Source: Dubosiella newyorkensis (GTDB lineage Bacteria; Bacillota_I; Bacilli_A; Erysipelotrichales; Erysipelotrichaceae). Taken from it: a DNA stretch of 32,000 nucleotides. Position 1 is the stretch's first letter. Every line of letters starts with the position of its first letter. Positions 8,489 through 17,712 of the stretch are shown here, piece by piece. The notes under the pieces are model-generated. The model was not told the DNA's origin. It did not search any database and worked only from the letters and a program-made list of their open reading frames with translations. The position numbers and the translations under genes are program-made. Where the stretch lies: NCBI RefSeq assembly GCF_001945605.1, contig NZ_MPKA01000087.1, forward strand, positions 30,001 through 62,000, written 5' to 3'.

Positions 8489-9640
8489 ATGGAAGATAAA
8501 ACAAAAGCTTTATATTCAATGATCAAAAGACTACAAGATGGAGAAGATTTGCAGGCCGTACGTCAAGATTTTGTCGACCGGTTCCAAAGCGTTTCGGTCC
8601 ATGATATTATCGATGCGGAAAAACAGCTGATCGCCAAAGGCACCGCTGTACAAGAAGTCCAGCGATTGTGCGACTTGCACTCCGCTTTATTTCATGGCAA
8701 GACAGAAGCTGAAGTCTATAGAGAAGAAGAACGCGTCCGGACACCATACTTGATCCAGATCTTAAAAGATGAGAATCTCGAATTGTTGAAGCGGATCAAA
8801 GCTCTCAATAACGCTCTTGAACTTGACAAGAGCGAAGAGATCGAAAAAAAGTTGCTTGATCTCAAGCAGCTCAAAAAGCATTATGGAAAAAAAGAAGAGT
8901 TGATCATGCCTTATTTATATGCGGCGGGAATCGAAGGACCTAGTCAAGTCATGTGGGGTGTTGATGATGAGATCTTGAAAGAGCTCTCGAAGATCTTAAG
9001 GACGAAAGCTTTCGATCCTCATACGATCCAGGCTTTATTAGATCGTATGAAAGAAATGGTCTTCAAAGAAGAAAAGATTTTATTTCCTTTGGCGATCGAC
9101 CATATGAAACCGGAAGACTGGCTAGAAACATACGCCGACATTCAAGAATTCGGATATGCGTGGTTAGAGGATGTCCCTGTTTGGGAGCAAGGAGAAGAGT
9201 GGAAAAAAGAACACGCGTATACGCCAGAATCGATCAAGATCAGCTTGCCTAATGGCGAACTTTCTCTTTTACAGCTCGTTGAGATCTTTCAATATTTGCC
9301 GATCGATCTGACCTTCATCGATGAAAACGACCAGCTTCGATTTTTTACCAATGAAGGGAAAGTGTTTTCTCGACCGCACAGCGCGCTGAACAGGAAAGTT
9401 TTTGACTGCCATCCACCACAATTGATTCCTGTTGTCCAGGATATGCTAGAAACTTTTAAAGCGAAAAAGAACGATCGCGTCGAACGATGGATCCCCAATC
9501 CAGAACGACCAGTCAAAGTGGTCTATCAAGCTTTATACGATCATCAAGGTTGCTATATCGGCACTTTGGAAATGGTCCAATCGTTTGAGCATGAAAAGAA
9601 TATTTTACGATCCTTTCAAACGGATCCTAAAGAGCTATGA
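8489..9640 (+). CDS. DUF438 / hemerythrin-like / PAS-domain protein of unknown function
   Basis: The N-terminus LYSMIKRLQDGEDLQAVRQDFVDRFQSVSVHDIIDAEKQLIAKGTAVQEVQRLCDLHSALF matches the DUF438 pattern. The middle is helical and HHE/hemerythrin-like, and the C-terminus FFTNEGKVFSRPHSALNRKVFDCHPP is PAS-like. The ATG directly abuts the cupin TAA. Confidence 0.75.
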   Translation: MEDKTKALYSMIKRLQDGEDLQAVRQDFVDRFQSVSVHDIIDAEKQLIAKGTAVQEVQRLCDLHSALFHGKTEAEVYREEERVRTPYLIQILKDENLELLKRIKALNNALELDKSEEIEKKLLDLKQLKKHYGKKEELIMPYLYAAGIEGPSQVMWGVDDEILKELSKILRTKAFDPHTIQALLDRMKEMVFKEEKILFPLAIDHMKPEDWLETYADIQEFGYAWLEDVPVWEQGEEWKKEHAYTPESIKISLPNGELSLLQLVEIFQYLPIDLTFIDENDQLRFFTNEGKVFSRPHSALNRKVFDCHPPQLIPVVQDMLETFKAKKNDRVERWIPNPERPVKVVYQALYDHQGCYIGTLEMVQSFEHEKNILRSFQTDPKEL

Positions 9641-9656
9641 GTTAGCTCTTTTTTTA
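9629..9656 (+). terminator. Intrinsic terminator of the cupin/DUF438 unit
   Basis: Stem aaagagcta pairs with tagctcttt around loop tgagt and is followed by a T-run (9650-9655). It overlaps the stop codon. Confidence 0.7.
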
Positions 9657-9660
9657 TGTT

Positions 9661-9686
9661 AAAAAAGCTCTCCCGAATAGGAGAGC
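9661..9686 (-). terminator. Intrinsic terminator of the 58-aa ORF
   Basis: The minus strand reads GCTCTCC-TATTCG-GGAGAGC followed by T6, beginning 13 nt after the small ORF's TAG. Confidence 0.7.
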
Positions 9687-9698
9687 CAAGCATGAGAA

Positions 9699-9875
9699 CT
9701 AGCGAAGGACGCCCGCTTCATGAAGAACCGCTTTTTGAACGGAACCCATTTTCGCTTTCGAATTGGCTGGTGTGATGCTTGAAGGCACGCTCCAGTCAAA
9801 GTCCGAAGTTCTCGAATTCATATAACGAAGAATCATTTCTTCCGATTTCATAGCATTGATATTGTTTTGTTTCAT
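9699..9875 (-). CDS. Hypothetical small protein (58 aa, not in the ORF track)
   Basis: Translation: MKQNNINAMKSEEMILRYMNSRTSDFDWSVPSSITPANSKAKMGSVQKAVLHEAGVLR. A perfect SD (AAAGGAGGA) lies 7 nt upstream of the ATG, and the ORF has its own terminator and an upstream AT-rich promoter-like region. I do not recognise a family. Confidence 0.55.
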   Translation of the reverse strand: MKQNNINAMKSEEMILRYMNSRTSDFDWSVPSSITPANSKAKMGSVQKAVLHEAGVLR

Positions 9876-10132
9876 TTGAGTGTCCTCCTTTGAACACCCT
9901 TAAAATAGACCTTTATTTTAAGAAAGTAAAGTAAAAAACAAGAAAAAATTATTTTTTTAAAATGTAAGCGTTTGCTTTAGATAAAGCAGAATCCAACATT
10001 TCGACCTGGAAGGCTCACGCATTCAGATACGAAGCGCTCGAAAAAGAAGAAAAAGGAAAGTCGACTCGTTTTTCTTCTTCATCCTATAGAGAAAAAGCAT
10101 AGGTTTGCTACAATGAAATAAGAAAGAAGAAT

Positions 10133-11719
10133 ATGATGAAGAAAATACAAAAAAACTCACGAAGACATCCTTTATATGCGAAAAATGGGATGGTGATCAC
10201 TGGCAATGTGCTCGCAAGCCAAGCCGGACTGCAAATGCTTATGCAAGGTGGAAACGCCATCGACGCTGCGATCGCGACCGCGGCGATGCTTACGGTCGTT
10301 GAACCAACAGCCAATGGACTCGGTTCGGATTGTTTTGCGATCGTATGGATCCATGAAAAACTTTATGGACTCAACGCCTCAGGAAAATCACCGGCTCTGC
10401 TCTCGAAAGAAAAAGTGTTGCATAAGCATCAAGATCATCTACAGATGCCTAAGTATGGCTGGACGCCTGTGACGGTGCCAGGTGCTGTTTCTGGTTGGCA
10501 AGCTTTAAGCAAACGCTTTGGAAAACTTCCTTTCGCTAAATTGCTTGCTCCAGCGATCGAGGCGGCAAAGCATGGTTTTCCTCTCCAGCAAGAAACAGCC
10601 CGCTTATGGTTGAAAGCGATCCAAAACGCCAAAAGCAATTGGCAAGAGCCTTGCTTTGATGCATGGTTCTCCACGTTTGATCTTCCAGTGGAAGAAGGAA
10701 AGATCGTTAAACTTCCTCAAATCGCAGACGCGCTCGAGAAGATCGCAAAAAGTGGAGGCGAAAGCTTATATACTGGTCAGCTTGCCCAGCGCATCGAAGA
10801 AGAATCGATCAAATATGGTGGCTTTTTGAGGGAAAGCGATCTAGAACAACATCAAGTGGAATGGGTCGAACCGCTTTTTGTCAATTATCGCGGATATCAA
10901 GTTTATGAGCTGCCACCCAATGGGCAAGGGATCACGGCTTTGATGGCGCTCAATGCCTTGGCATGTTTTGATGGAGAGAATCCGGATTTGCCGCATACCC
11001 ATCTTCGTATTGAGGCGATCAAGCAAGCTTTCGCTTACGCCAAACGATATATAAGCGATCCAAAAGCGATGAACATCGATCCTTCTCTTTTGATTGATGC
11101 AAAAGTGGGCCAAGAAATGGCTAGCCGAATTTCGCTCGAAAAAGCAGGCGACGATTGGCTCCGTCCTTATGGCTCGGGCACAGTGTATTTATGTACAGCA
11201 GATCGAGAAGGCAATATGGTCTCGATGATCCAATCCAATTATATGGGGTTCGGGAGCGGCATCGTCGTCGATGGAGTTTCTTTGCAGAACCGCGGCGCCG
11301 ATTTTTCTCTAGACGAAAACGAGATCAATTTTCTTTGTCCAAATAAACGAACGTATCATACGATCATTCCTGGATTTTTGTGTAAGGCTGGAAAAGCGAT
11401 CGGTCCTTTTGGCGTGATGGGAGGCTATATGCAGCCCCAAGGCCATGTGCAAGTGATCACGAATCTATTGGACGAGCACCTAGATATTCAAGAGAGCTTA
11501 GATGCTCCAAGGTGGATGTGGCTCAAAGACAATGAACTCGAAGTGGAAACCGATTTTGATCCCGATGTGATCCAGGATCTAAAGCAAAGGGGACATCTTG
11601 TCAAGATTCAAGAAGAATATTCGCATTTTGGCCGAGGACAGATCTTGTTCCGTTTAGAGAATGGCGTATATATGGGAGCTTGCGAATCGCGGACCGACAG
11701 CAACATTTCCTGTTATTGA
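10133..11719 (+). CDS. ggt: Gamma-glutamyltransferase family protein (cytoplasmic type, no signal peptide)
   Basis: 528 aa. GGNAIDAAIATAAML, the autoprocessing/nucleophile context GSGTVYLCTADREGNMVSMIQSN, and GGYMQPQGHVQ are typical of GGT/YwrD-like Ntn hydrolases. An extended -10, TGcTACAAT, lies at 10106-10114. Confidence 0.88.
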   Translation: MMKKIQKNSRRHPLYAKNGMVITGNVLASQAGLQMLMQGGNAIDAAIATAAMLTVVEPTANGLGSDCFAIVWIHEKLYGLNASGKSPALLSKEKVLHKHQDHLQMPKYGWTPVTVPGAVSGWQALSKRFGKLPFAKLLAPAIEAAKHGFPLQQETARLWLKAIQNAKSNWQEPCFDAWFSTFDLPVEEGKIVKLPQIADALEKIAKSGGESLYTGQLAQRIEEESIKYGGFLRESDLEQHQVEWVEPLFVNYRGYQVYELPPNGQGITALMALNALACFDGENPDLPHTHLRIEAIKQAFAYAKRYISDPKAMNIDPSLLIDAKVGQEMASRISLEKAGDDWLRPYGSGTVYLCTADREGNMVSMIQSNYMGFGSGIVVDGVSLQNRGADFSLDENEINFLCPNKRTYHTIIPGFLCKAGKAIGPFGVMGGYMQPQGHVQVITNLLDEHLDIQESLDAPRWMWLKDNELEVETDFDPDVIQDLKQRGHLVKIQEEYSHFGRGQILFRLENGVYMGACESRTDSNISCY

Positions 11720-11770
11720 GAACATTATGTGATAAAATAAAACTAATTGGAATTTAGAGAGGATACTAAA

Positions 11771-12538
11771 ATGAAACTATTAGCGAGTGATTTTGATGGG
11801 ACTTTGAATTATGGCGATACAATCATGGAAGAAGATCTTGAAGCGATCAAAGCTTGGAAAGAGGCTGGAAACGAATTTGTGATCGTCACAGGACGTTCGT
11901 ACGAATCCTTGAAAAAGCAATTGGATCGATATGATCTGCCCGTGGATTATGTCGTTTCGAACAATGGAGGCATGATCTATGATGGCTCTGGAAAAGAATT
12001 GATGGCGACTTATTTAGATACGATTACCGCTGTCGATATTTTGTACGCTATGCATGAAATTCCCGATGTCGCATCTTATGTGGTCAACGATGGCAAACAG
12101 CGCTATAAGATCGTGGTCGATCCAAATGTGAGTGAGCATAGATATCCTTCGATGCAGCCGACTTTAAGCGAAGAGAAAGTGCTTGATCTAGGACAATACG
12201 CGCAGCTTGTCATTTCCATGGGAAACCAAATGGATGCTTTAGAGCTCGCCAATCAGATCAACCATTTCTTCGGCTCGACCATCACGGCTTATCCGAATAA
12301 TTTTGTGGTCGATATCGTTCCTAAAGGCGTCTCGAAAGGAAGCGGAATGGATTTTGTTTTAACATATTCTTCCGTGGATGACGATTCGATCTACGCGATC
12401 GGGGATTCTTATAACGATATCCCGCTTTTAGAGCAAGTTGAAAACTCGTATGCGATCGCGACAGCCCCAGAAGAAGTGCAAGAAGTGGCTAGCGAAACGG
12501 TTTCTTCGATCAGCGAGCTCATTCAAAAAAATATGTAA
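11771..12538 (+). CDS. Cof-type HAD-IIB phosphatase
   Basis: MKLLASDFDGTLN (DxDGT motif I), VIVTGRS (motif II) and GDSYNDIPLL (motif IV). I prefer ATG 11771 (GAGAGGA upstream) to the TTG at 11747. Confidence 0.85.
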   Translation: MKLLASDFDGTLNYGDTIMEEDLEAIKAWKEAGNEFVIVTGRSYESLKKQLDRYDLPVDYVVSNNGGMIYDGSGKELMATYLDTITAVDILYAMHEIPDVASYVVNDGKQRYKIVVDPNVSEHRYPSMQPTLSEEKVLDLGQYAQLVISMGNQMDALELANQINHFFGSTITAYPNNFVVDIVPKGVSKGSGMDFVLTYSSVDDDSIYAIGDSYNDIPLLEQVENSYAIATAPEEVQEVASETVSSISELIQKNM

Positions 12539-12564
12539 AGAAAGTAAAGGGGGATGTCACATTC

Positions 12565-13485
12565 ATGTCAATGCAAGATTTGGCGGTTCTAGGGAAGCTG
12601 CTTCTCGACATCCTAGTCGTATGGGCATTGATCTATTCAGGACTAAGGATCATCCGCAATAATTCACGGACGATCCAAATTTTCAAAGGGATCCTTGTGA
12701 TCCTTTTGATCAAGATCGTCGCGGTTTTTCTAGGACTGAAAGCTTTGAGCGCCTTGATCGATACGTTCTTGAATTGGGGAGTCGTTGCGGTCTTGATCCT
12801 TTTTCAGCCAGAGATCCGATCGATGCTTGAAAAAGTCGGGAAAACAACGACGATCTTCAACAACAACGTGACCGAAGGCGAATACGTGCATATGATCAAT
12901 CAGCTTATTGAAGCGTGCACGGCGATGTCGAAAACAAAAACAGGCGCCTTGATCACGATCCAGCAATCGCAATCGCTTGAAGACTATATCGAGACAGGCA
13001 TCAAAATGGATTCTGAAGTATCCAGCGAACTGATCAAGACGATCTTTCAATACGGAACACCGATGCATGATGGCGCCGTGATCATTCAAGGGGTCAAGAT
13101 CGCGTGCGCGGCCGCCTATTTTCCGCCAACCACAAAAGATCTTCCAAGCAAATATGGAGCAAGACATCGAGCCGCTGTCGGGATCAGCGAGATCACCGAT
13201 TCGATCACGATCATCGTTAGCGAAGAAACAGGCAATATCTCTGTGGCAATCCGTGGACAGCTGACTCAATACAAACCGGAAGGACTGCAGAGGCTCTTGA
13301 TGAACAAGCTTGTCATTCCGGAAGCCGAAAGTTCCAATCTTTTAGATCCGATGATCCGTTCCGCAAGAAATTTCGCGCTCAATCGCTCCAAAAGGCAAGA
13401 GATCACGCGAAAAGAAGACGAACGCGTCAAAGCGATGGAAATCGTAGATCTCTATAGTCAGAATGGAGGCAGACGCAATGGATGA
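12565..13485 (+). CDS. cdaA: Diadenylate cyclase CdaA (membrane-anchored, DisA_N/DAC domain)
   Basis: Three N-terminal TM helices, then TGALITIQ, MHDGAVII and GARHRAAVGISEITDSITIIVSEETGNISVA (DGA and RHR motifs). The C-terminus carries a charged extension of about 30 aa beyond the usual length. Conserved cdaA-cdaR-glmM context. Confidence 0.93.
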   Translation: MSMQDLAVLGKLLLDILVVWALIYSGLRIIRNNSRTIQIFKGILVILLIKIVAVFLGLKALSALIDTFLNWGVVAVLILFQPEIRSMLEKVGKTTTIFNNNVTEGEYVHMINQLIEACTAMSKTKTGALITIQQSQSLEDYIETGIKMDSEVSSELIKTIFQYGTPMHDGAVIIQGVKIACAAAYFPPTTKDLPSKYGARHRAAVGISEITDSITIIVSEETGNISVAIRGQLTQYKPEGLQRLLMNKLVIPEAESSNLLDPMIRSARNFALNRSKRQEITRKEDERVKAMEIVDLYSQNGGRRNG

Positions 13486-14260
13486 GAAAAAGAAAAGCTG
13501 GTGGGAGAGGGTCCAGAAAGAATTCGGAATAATCTTTTCGAAATTTTCGAAGCTTTTCGACCGCATCATCTACCACAAGACGAGTTCGATCATCGTCTCG
13601 CTCCTCGCGTCGATCGCGATTTGCGTTTCAGTCAGCTTCGATGATCTACGTTATACATTTTTCAATTCGGAAGCGGCCACGCTCAATGTCCCAGGTGTGA
13701 GTGTCGAAGTCAGGGCCGATACAGAAAAATATGAGATCACTGGCGTGCCTAGCTCGGTCGATATGACCTTGACAGGCGATCCGGCTGATATCCAAGCGTT
13801 TCGGAATCAATCCAATTCGGCTCTCGTGATCGCGGATCTGCGCGATTTTACGAGCGGAAAAAACGTCTGCATGCTGCAGGCGAGCAATATTCCGAGTCAA
13901 TTGACCGTAGAGTTGAATCCATCGAGCGTCAATGTGGATGTGATCCCAAAATTGAACAAGACGTTCCCGATCCAGCTATCCTTAATGGTCGGTAACGGAC
14001 AAAAGGAAAGCGATTTTGAAAGCATGAATTCAATGACAAAGACCGTCATGGTCAAAGCGACACAAGAAAAATTGAATTCGATCCGAATGATCAACGCGAT
14101 CGTCGATACGACAGGGCAAGTCGGCGATTTTGAAACCGAAGCGCCGCTAGTGGCGTATGATTCAAGCGGCAATCGTGTCGATGTCGAAATGAATCCTAAA
14201 ACGATTCGTGTCAGTGTGAAAGTGAAGACACAACAAAACGATGCCAATAAAGGAGATTAA
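13478..14260 (+). CDS. cdaR: CdaA regulatory protein CdaR (YbbR-like domains)
   Basis: A single N-terminal TM (SSIIVSLLASIAICVSVSF) is followed by repeated beta-rich YbbR-type modules. Start ATG 13478 has GGAGG 8 nt upstream and an 8-nt overlap (ATGGATGA) with the cdaA stop. Confidence 0.85.
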   Translation: MDEKKKSWWERVQKEFGIIFSKFSKLFDRIIYHKTSSIIVSLLASIAICVSVSFDDLRYTFFNSEAATLNVPGVSVEVRADTEKYEITGVPSSVDMTLTGDPADIQAFRNQSNSALVIADLRDFTSGKNVCMLQASNIPSQLTVELNPSSVNVDVIPKLNKTFPIQLSLMVGNGQKESDFESMNSMTKTVMVKATQEKLNSIRMINAIVDTTGQVGDFETEAPLVAYDSSGNRVDVEMNPKTIRVSVKVKTQQNDANKGD

Positions 14261-14263
14261 TAT

Positions 14264-15598
14264 ATGGGAAAATATTTTGGAACCGATGGAGTAAGAGGTA
14301 AGGCCAACGAAGATCTTACATTGGATATGGCGATCCGGATCGGTCAATATCTTGGCTGGTATTATGGAAAAAATAGACCAGCGAAGATCTTGGTCGGTAA
14401 AGATACCCGTTTATCGGGCGATATGTTTGAAGCGGGCCTCGCTGCTGGAGCAACGAGCACAGGCGCCGATGTTTATTTGCTGGGTGCTTGTCCAACACCA
14501 GCCGTTTCCTATCTCGTGAACAAAGACCGTTTTGATTGTGGAATCATGGTTTCGGCTTCGCACAATCCATATTATGACAACGGGATCAAAGTGTTCGATC
14601 ACAATGGTCAAAAAATGGATGAAGAAGTTTTATTGGAGATCGAGAAGTATATCGATCACGAAATCGAGCTTCCTTTAGCGACAGGCGATCATATTGGCGA
14701 ATACTTTGATTGGTCGGATGGTCTAGAGATCTATATGTCATGGCTCAAGTCTATCGTTCCTGTAGATCTAAATGGGATGAAGATCGCGGTCGATCTTGCC
14801 AATGGCTCGGCCACGAGCACCGCGGTAGAAACGCTTTCCTCTTTAGGTGCCACCGTGGAGGCGATCGCCAATTCGCCTAATGGACTCAATATCAATTTGA
14901 AATGTGGATCGACCCATCCAGAAGAGCTAGTCCGGGTCATGAAAGAAAACGACTATGACATTGGTTTGGCGTTTGATGGGGATGCGGACCGGCTGATCGC
15001 CGTCAACAGCGATGGAGATCTGATCAATGGAGATTATGTGCTCTACATTTGTTCTAAATATCTAAAGGAGATCAACCATCTCAATAAAAATATGGTCGTG
15101 ACAACCGTTATGGCGAATCTAGGCTTATACAAAGCGCTGGATGCCAATAAGATCGACTATATCCAGACAGCGGTTGGCGATAAATATGTATTCGAAGAAA
15201 TGCAGAAAAATGATTATTATTTAGGTGGAGAACAATCCGGTCATATCATCTTTTATGAAAACGCGGTCACAGGCGATGGATTGCTGACGGCATTGAAGCT
15301 TTTGGAAGTCATGAAAAAAACCGGAAAGAGCCTGCAAGAGCTTTCGGAAGGCTTGTTCATCTATCCGCAGCTTTTGAAAAATGTCGAAGTCAAGGATAAA
15401 AATGAAGTTCTCAATGATCCAGGCTTAAAGGAATTGATCGCATCCATCAACAAGAAACTCGATTCGGATGGCCGGATCTTAGTTCGGCCAAGCGGAACAG
15501 AACCACTCATCAGGGTCATGGTAGAAGCGAAAACGGATGAGTTATGTAAAAATTATGTCGATGAGGTCGTTACTTATATTCAAGAACGCGGCTTTTAG
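14264..15598 (+). CDS. glmM: Phosphoglucosamine mutase
   Basis: MGKYFGTDGVRG, the active-site SASHNPYYDNGIK, FDGDADR, GGEQSGH and RPSGTEPLIRVM are the canonical GlmM motifs. Confidence 0.95.
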   Translation: MGKYFGTDGVRGKANEDLTLDMAIRIGQYLGWYYGKNRPAKILVGKDTRLSGDMFEAGLAAGATSTGADVYLLGACPTPAVSYLVNKDRFDCGIMVSASHNPYYDNGIKVFDHNGQKMDEEVLLEIEKYIDHEIELPLATGDHIGEYFDWSDGLEIYMSWLKSIVPVDLNGMKIAVDLANGSATSTAVETLSSLGATVEAIANSPNGLNINLKCGSTHPEELVRVMKENDYDIGLAFDGDADRLIAVNSDGDLINGDYVLYICSKYLKEINHLNKNMVVTTVMANLGLYKALDANKIDYIQTAVGDKYVFEEMQKNDYYLGGEQSGHIIFYENAVTGDGLLTALKLLEVMKKTGKSLQELSEGLFIYPQLLKNVEVKDKNEVLNDPGLKELIASINKKLDSDGRILVRPSGTEPLIRVMVEAKTDELCKNYVDEVVTYIQERGF

Positions 15599-15609
15599 GA
15601 GGATAGTTT

Positions 15610-16269
15610 ATGAAACGTGTCATAAGCATTGTGGAAGATGAAAAAGATATCAATAATCTTGTCGCTCAATATTTGCGCAAAGATGGATATGAAGTTCATC
15701 AATATTATACGTATGAGGAAGCAAGCGCCCATGTAGGGGATGATGATGTCCATTTATGGATCCTCGATATCATGCTCGATGACAAATCAGGATTCGATCT
15801 ATTGGAAGAGATCCGCTTGGAGGGCCCAGAGATCCCCGTGATCTTCATGTCGGCGCGAGATAAAGAATTCGATCGGATCATCGGTTTGGAAAAAGGGTGC
15901 GACGATTATATCACGAAGCCGTTCTCTCCCAAAGAACTCGTTCTACGTGTCAACAATATTATCAAGAGAACATATAAAGAAAACGCCAATCGGATCTCGA
16001 TCGATGGCTATGAGTTGGACGAAGTACAGCGCAAGATCTATGCTGACAATGTCGAGATCGAGTTGACGACCAAAGAATTCGATCTGTTGATGATGTTTAT
16101 CAAAAACAAAGGCATCGCCTTTTCTCGCGATAAGATCTTGGAGAACGTATGGGATGAAAACTACTTTGGCTCCGATCGTGTCGTGGACGATACATTGCGA
16201 AGATTGCGTAAAAAACTTCCTAACTTGAACATTCACACGATCTATGGATATGGATATCGCTTAGGTTGA
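15610..16269 (+). CDS. OmpR/PhoB-family response regulator
   Basis: Receiver domain (IVEDEKD, WILDIMLDD, ITKPF) plus a winged-helix Trans_reg_C domain (ELTTKEFDLLMMF...YGYGYRL). The gene starts 12 nt after glmM with AGGAGGA upstream. Confidence 0.9.
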   Translation: MKRVISIVEDEKDINNLVAQYLRKDGYEVHQYYTYEEASAHVGDDDVHLWILDIMLDDKSGFDLLEEIRLEGPEIPVIFMSARDKEFDRIIGLEKGCDDYITKPFSPKELVLRVNNIIKRTYKENANRISIDGYELDEVQRKIYADNVEIELTTKEFDLLMMFIKNKGIAFSRDKILENVWDENYFGSDRVVDDTLRRLRKKLPNLNIHTIYGYGYRLG

Positions 16270-16272
16270 TCC

Positions 16273-17712
16273 ATGAAACACAAACTTGGATTTTATTTTA
16301 AAAAGCTCTCATTGACCCAGCAAGTGCTGATGATCATATTGGTCATGCTGATCTTTTTGACTTTGTTTTTCACGTTCTTTTTGAACAAGAACATCGAGAT
16401 CACGATCTCCAATCAAATGTATTCGGTGATGGATTCTAGACAAAAGCCGATCTTGAGCGCGTTGGAAGCCAATGAGCCAGTCACCTTTGACAACGATCTT
16501 TTTCGTTATTTGTCTACGGACTCCGTGCAGACCAACTGCATGATCGAAGACGATACGATCCAATTCTTGACCATTCCAGAGCATTCTTTTAAAAATGACG
16601 CGTTCTATAATTTTTTGATCGTCAAAGCCGATCAAATGCTCCAAGAAGGCGTGAGCGAAATGCATGGAACGATCGAGGTGGACGATGGTCCATATTATTA
16701 TTTGCTTGAAAAGTGTATTTCCAGAGGCAAGCCTGTGATCGTGGCAAGCTTTATGGATGATACGTACGCGAGTGAATTTCGAAGTTCTTTGATCGATTCG
16801 ACCGTGTACGTGATGGTGGTCGCCTTTTCCTTGATCTTGATGATCTTGATGATCTGGGCGTTTTCGATCATTCATCCTCTCAATCAGATCCGGGTATATA
16901 TTTCGCAGATCAAGCAAGGAAAAGATGTCGAACTCAATATCAAGCGGGAAGACGAGATCGGAGAAGTGGCTAGAGAGCTCATTTCGATGAAAGAAGAGCT
17001 TTCTAAACAACAAAACGCCAAAGAAGAGATGATCCATAACATTTCGCACGATCTGAAAACACCGATCGCCACGATCAAATCGTATTCGGAATCGATCAAA
17101 GATGGAATCTATCCATATGGCGATCTTGAAAGCAGCGTCGATGTGATCTTGAACAATGCGCAGCGTCTTGAAGATAAAGTCCATAGCCTTCTTTATTTGA
17201 ACCGGATCGAATATTTGATCACGACAGACGCGGAAGGGGTCGTGACCAATATGAAAGAGGTCGTCGAGCAAGTCGTATTGAACTCGGCAGTCATCGATCC
17301 GGATATCCGTTTGATCACGGATGTAGAGGAAGTTTTCTTTGACGGGCTTCTAGAGGGATGGCGCGTAGCGATCGAAAACATTATGGAAAACGCCTTTCGA
17401 TATGCAAAGACATATATCAAGATCGTCGTCCGCGAAAACGATATTCGGATTTATAACGATGGACCTAAGATGCCAGAAGACCGGATCGAAACGTTGTTCA
17501 AGCCATATGAAAAAGGCGAGGGAGGCCGATTTGGCTTAGGACTCTCGATCGTATCGAAAGTCACCAAGACCAATCACTATATAGTGAAGGGTTACAATAC
17601 GGACGACGGAGTATGTTTTAGGATCTATCGGCCTATCACACAGAAAAAAGGACATAAGAGAGGGAAAAACAATGTTGGAAGTAGGAACGATTGGCAGCGG
17701 GATCATCGTTGA
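16273..17712 (+). CDS. Sensor histidine kinase (two TM helices, extracytoplasmic loop, HAMP, HisKA, HATPase)
   Basis: TM1 VLMIILVMLIFLTLFFTFFL, TM2 VYVMVVAFSLILMILMIWAFSII, H-box HNISHDLKTPIATIKSY, N-box ENIMENAFRYA, G-box GRFGLGLSIV. The basic C-terminal tail overlaps the next gene by 41 nt. Confidence 0.9.
   Translation: MKHKLGFYFKKLSLTQQVLMIILVMLIFLTLFFTFFLNKNIEITISNQMYSVMDSRQKPILSALEANEPVTFDNDLFRYLSTDSVQTNCMIEDDTIQFLTIPEHSFKNDAFYNFLIVKADQMLQEGVSEMHGTIEVDDGPYYYLLEKCISRGKPVIVASFMDDTYASEFRSSLIDSTVYVMVVAFSLILMILMIWAFSIIHPLNQIRVYISQIKQGKDVELNIKREDEIGEVARELISMKEELSKQQNAKEEMIHNISHDLKTPIATIKSYSESIKDGIYPYGDLESSVDVILNNAQRLEDKVHSLLYLNRIEYLITTDAEGVVTNMKEVVEQVVLNSAVIDPDIRLITDVEEVFFDGLLEGWRVAIENIMENAFRYAKTYIKIVVRENDIRIYNDGPKMPEDRIETLFKPYEKGEGGRFGLGLSIVSKVTKTNHYIVKGYNTDDGVCFRIYRPITQKKGHKRGKNNVGSRNDWQRDHR

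Noticed and set aside
10044-10079. An inverted repeat, AAGAAGAAAAA-N14-TTTTTCTTCTT, upstream of ggt, as a possible terminator or attenuator.
   Set aside because: The stem is almost entirely A-T with a 14-nt loop, so it should have low stability. There is no U-run on the + strand and no upstream gene reading into it. It is probably a fortuitous low-complexity purine/pyrimidine tract.
16309-17271. A 320-aa ORF antisense to the histidine kinase gene. Similar long antisense ORFs occur at 12730..13269 (179 aa), 26814..27305 (163 aa), 1345..1818 (157 aa) and 25470..25847 (125 aa).
   Set aside because: Each lies exactly opposite a gene with clear conserved motifs. None has an SD. Their composition is low-complexity and rich in D, R, H, I and F. 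They are explained by the GAT/ATC-rich codon usage, which removes stops from the codon-aligned antisense frame. I treat them as shadow ORFs.
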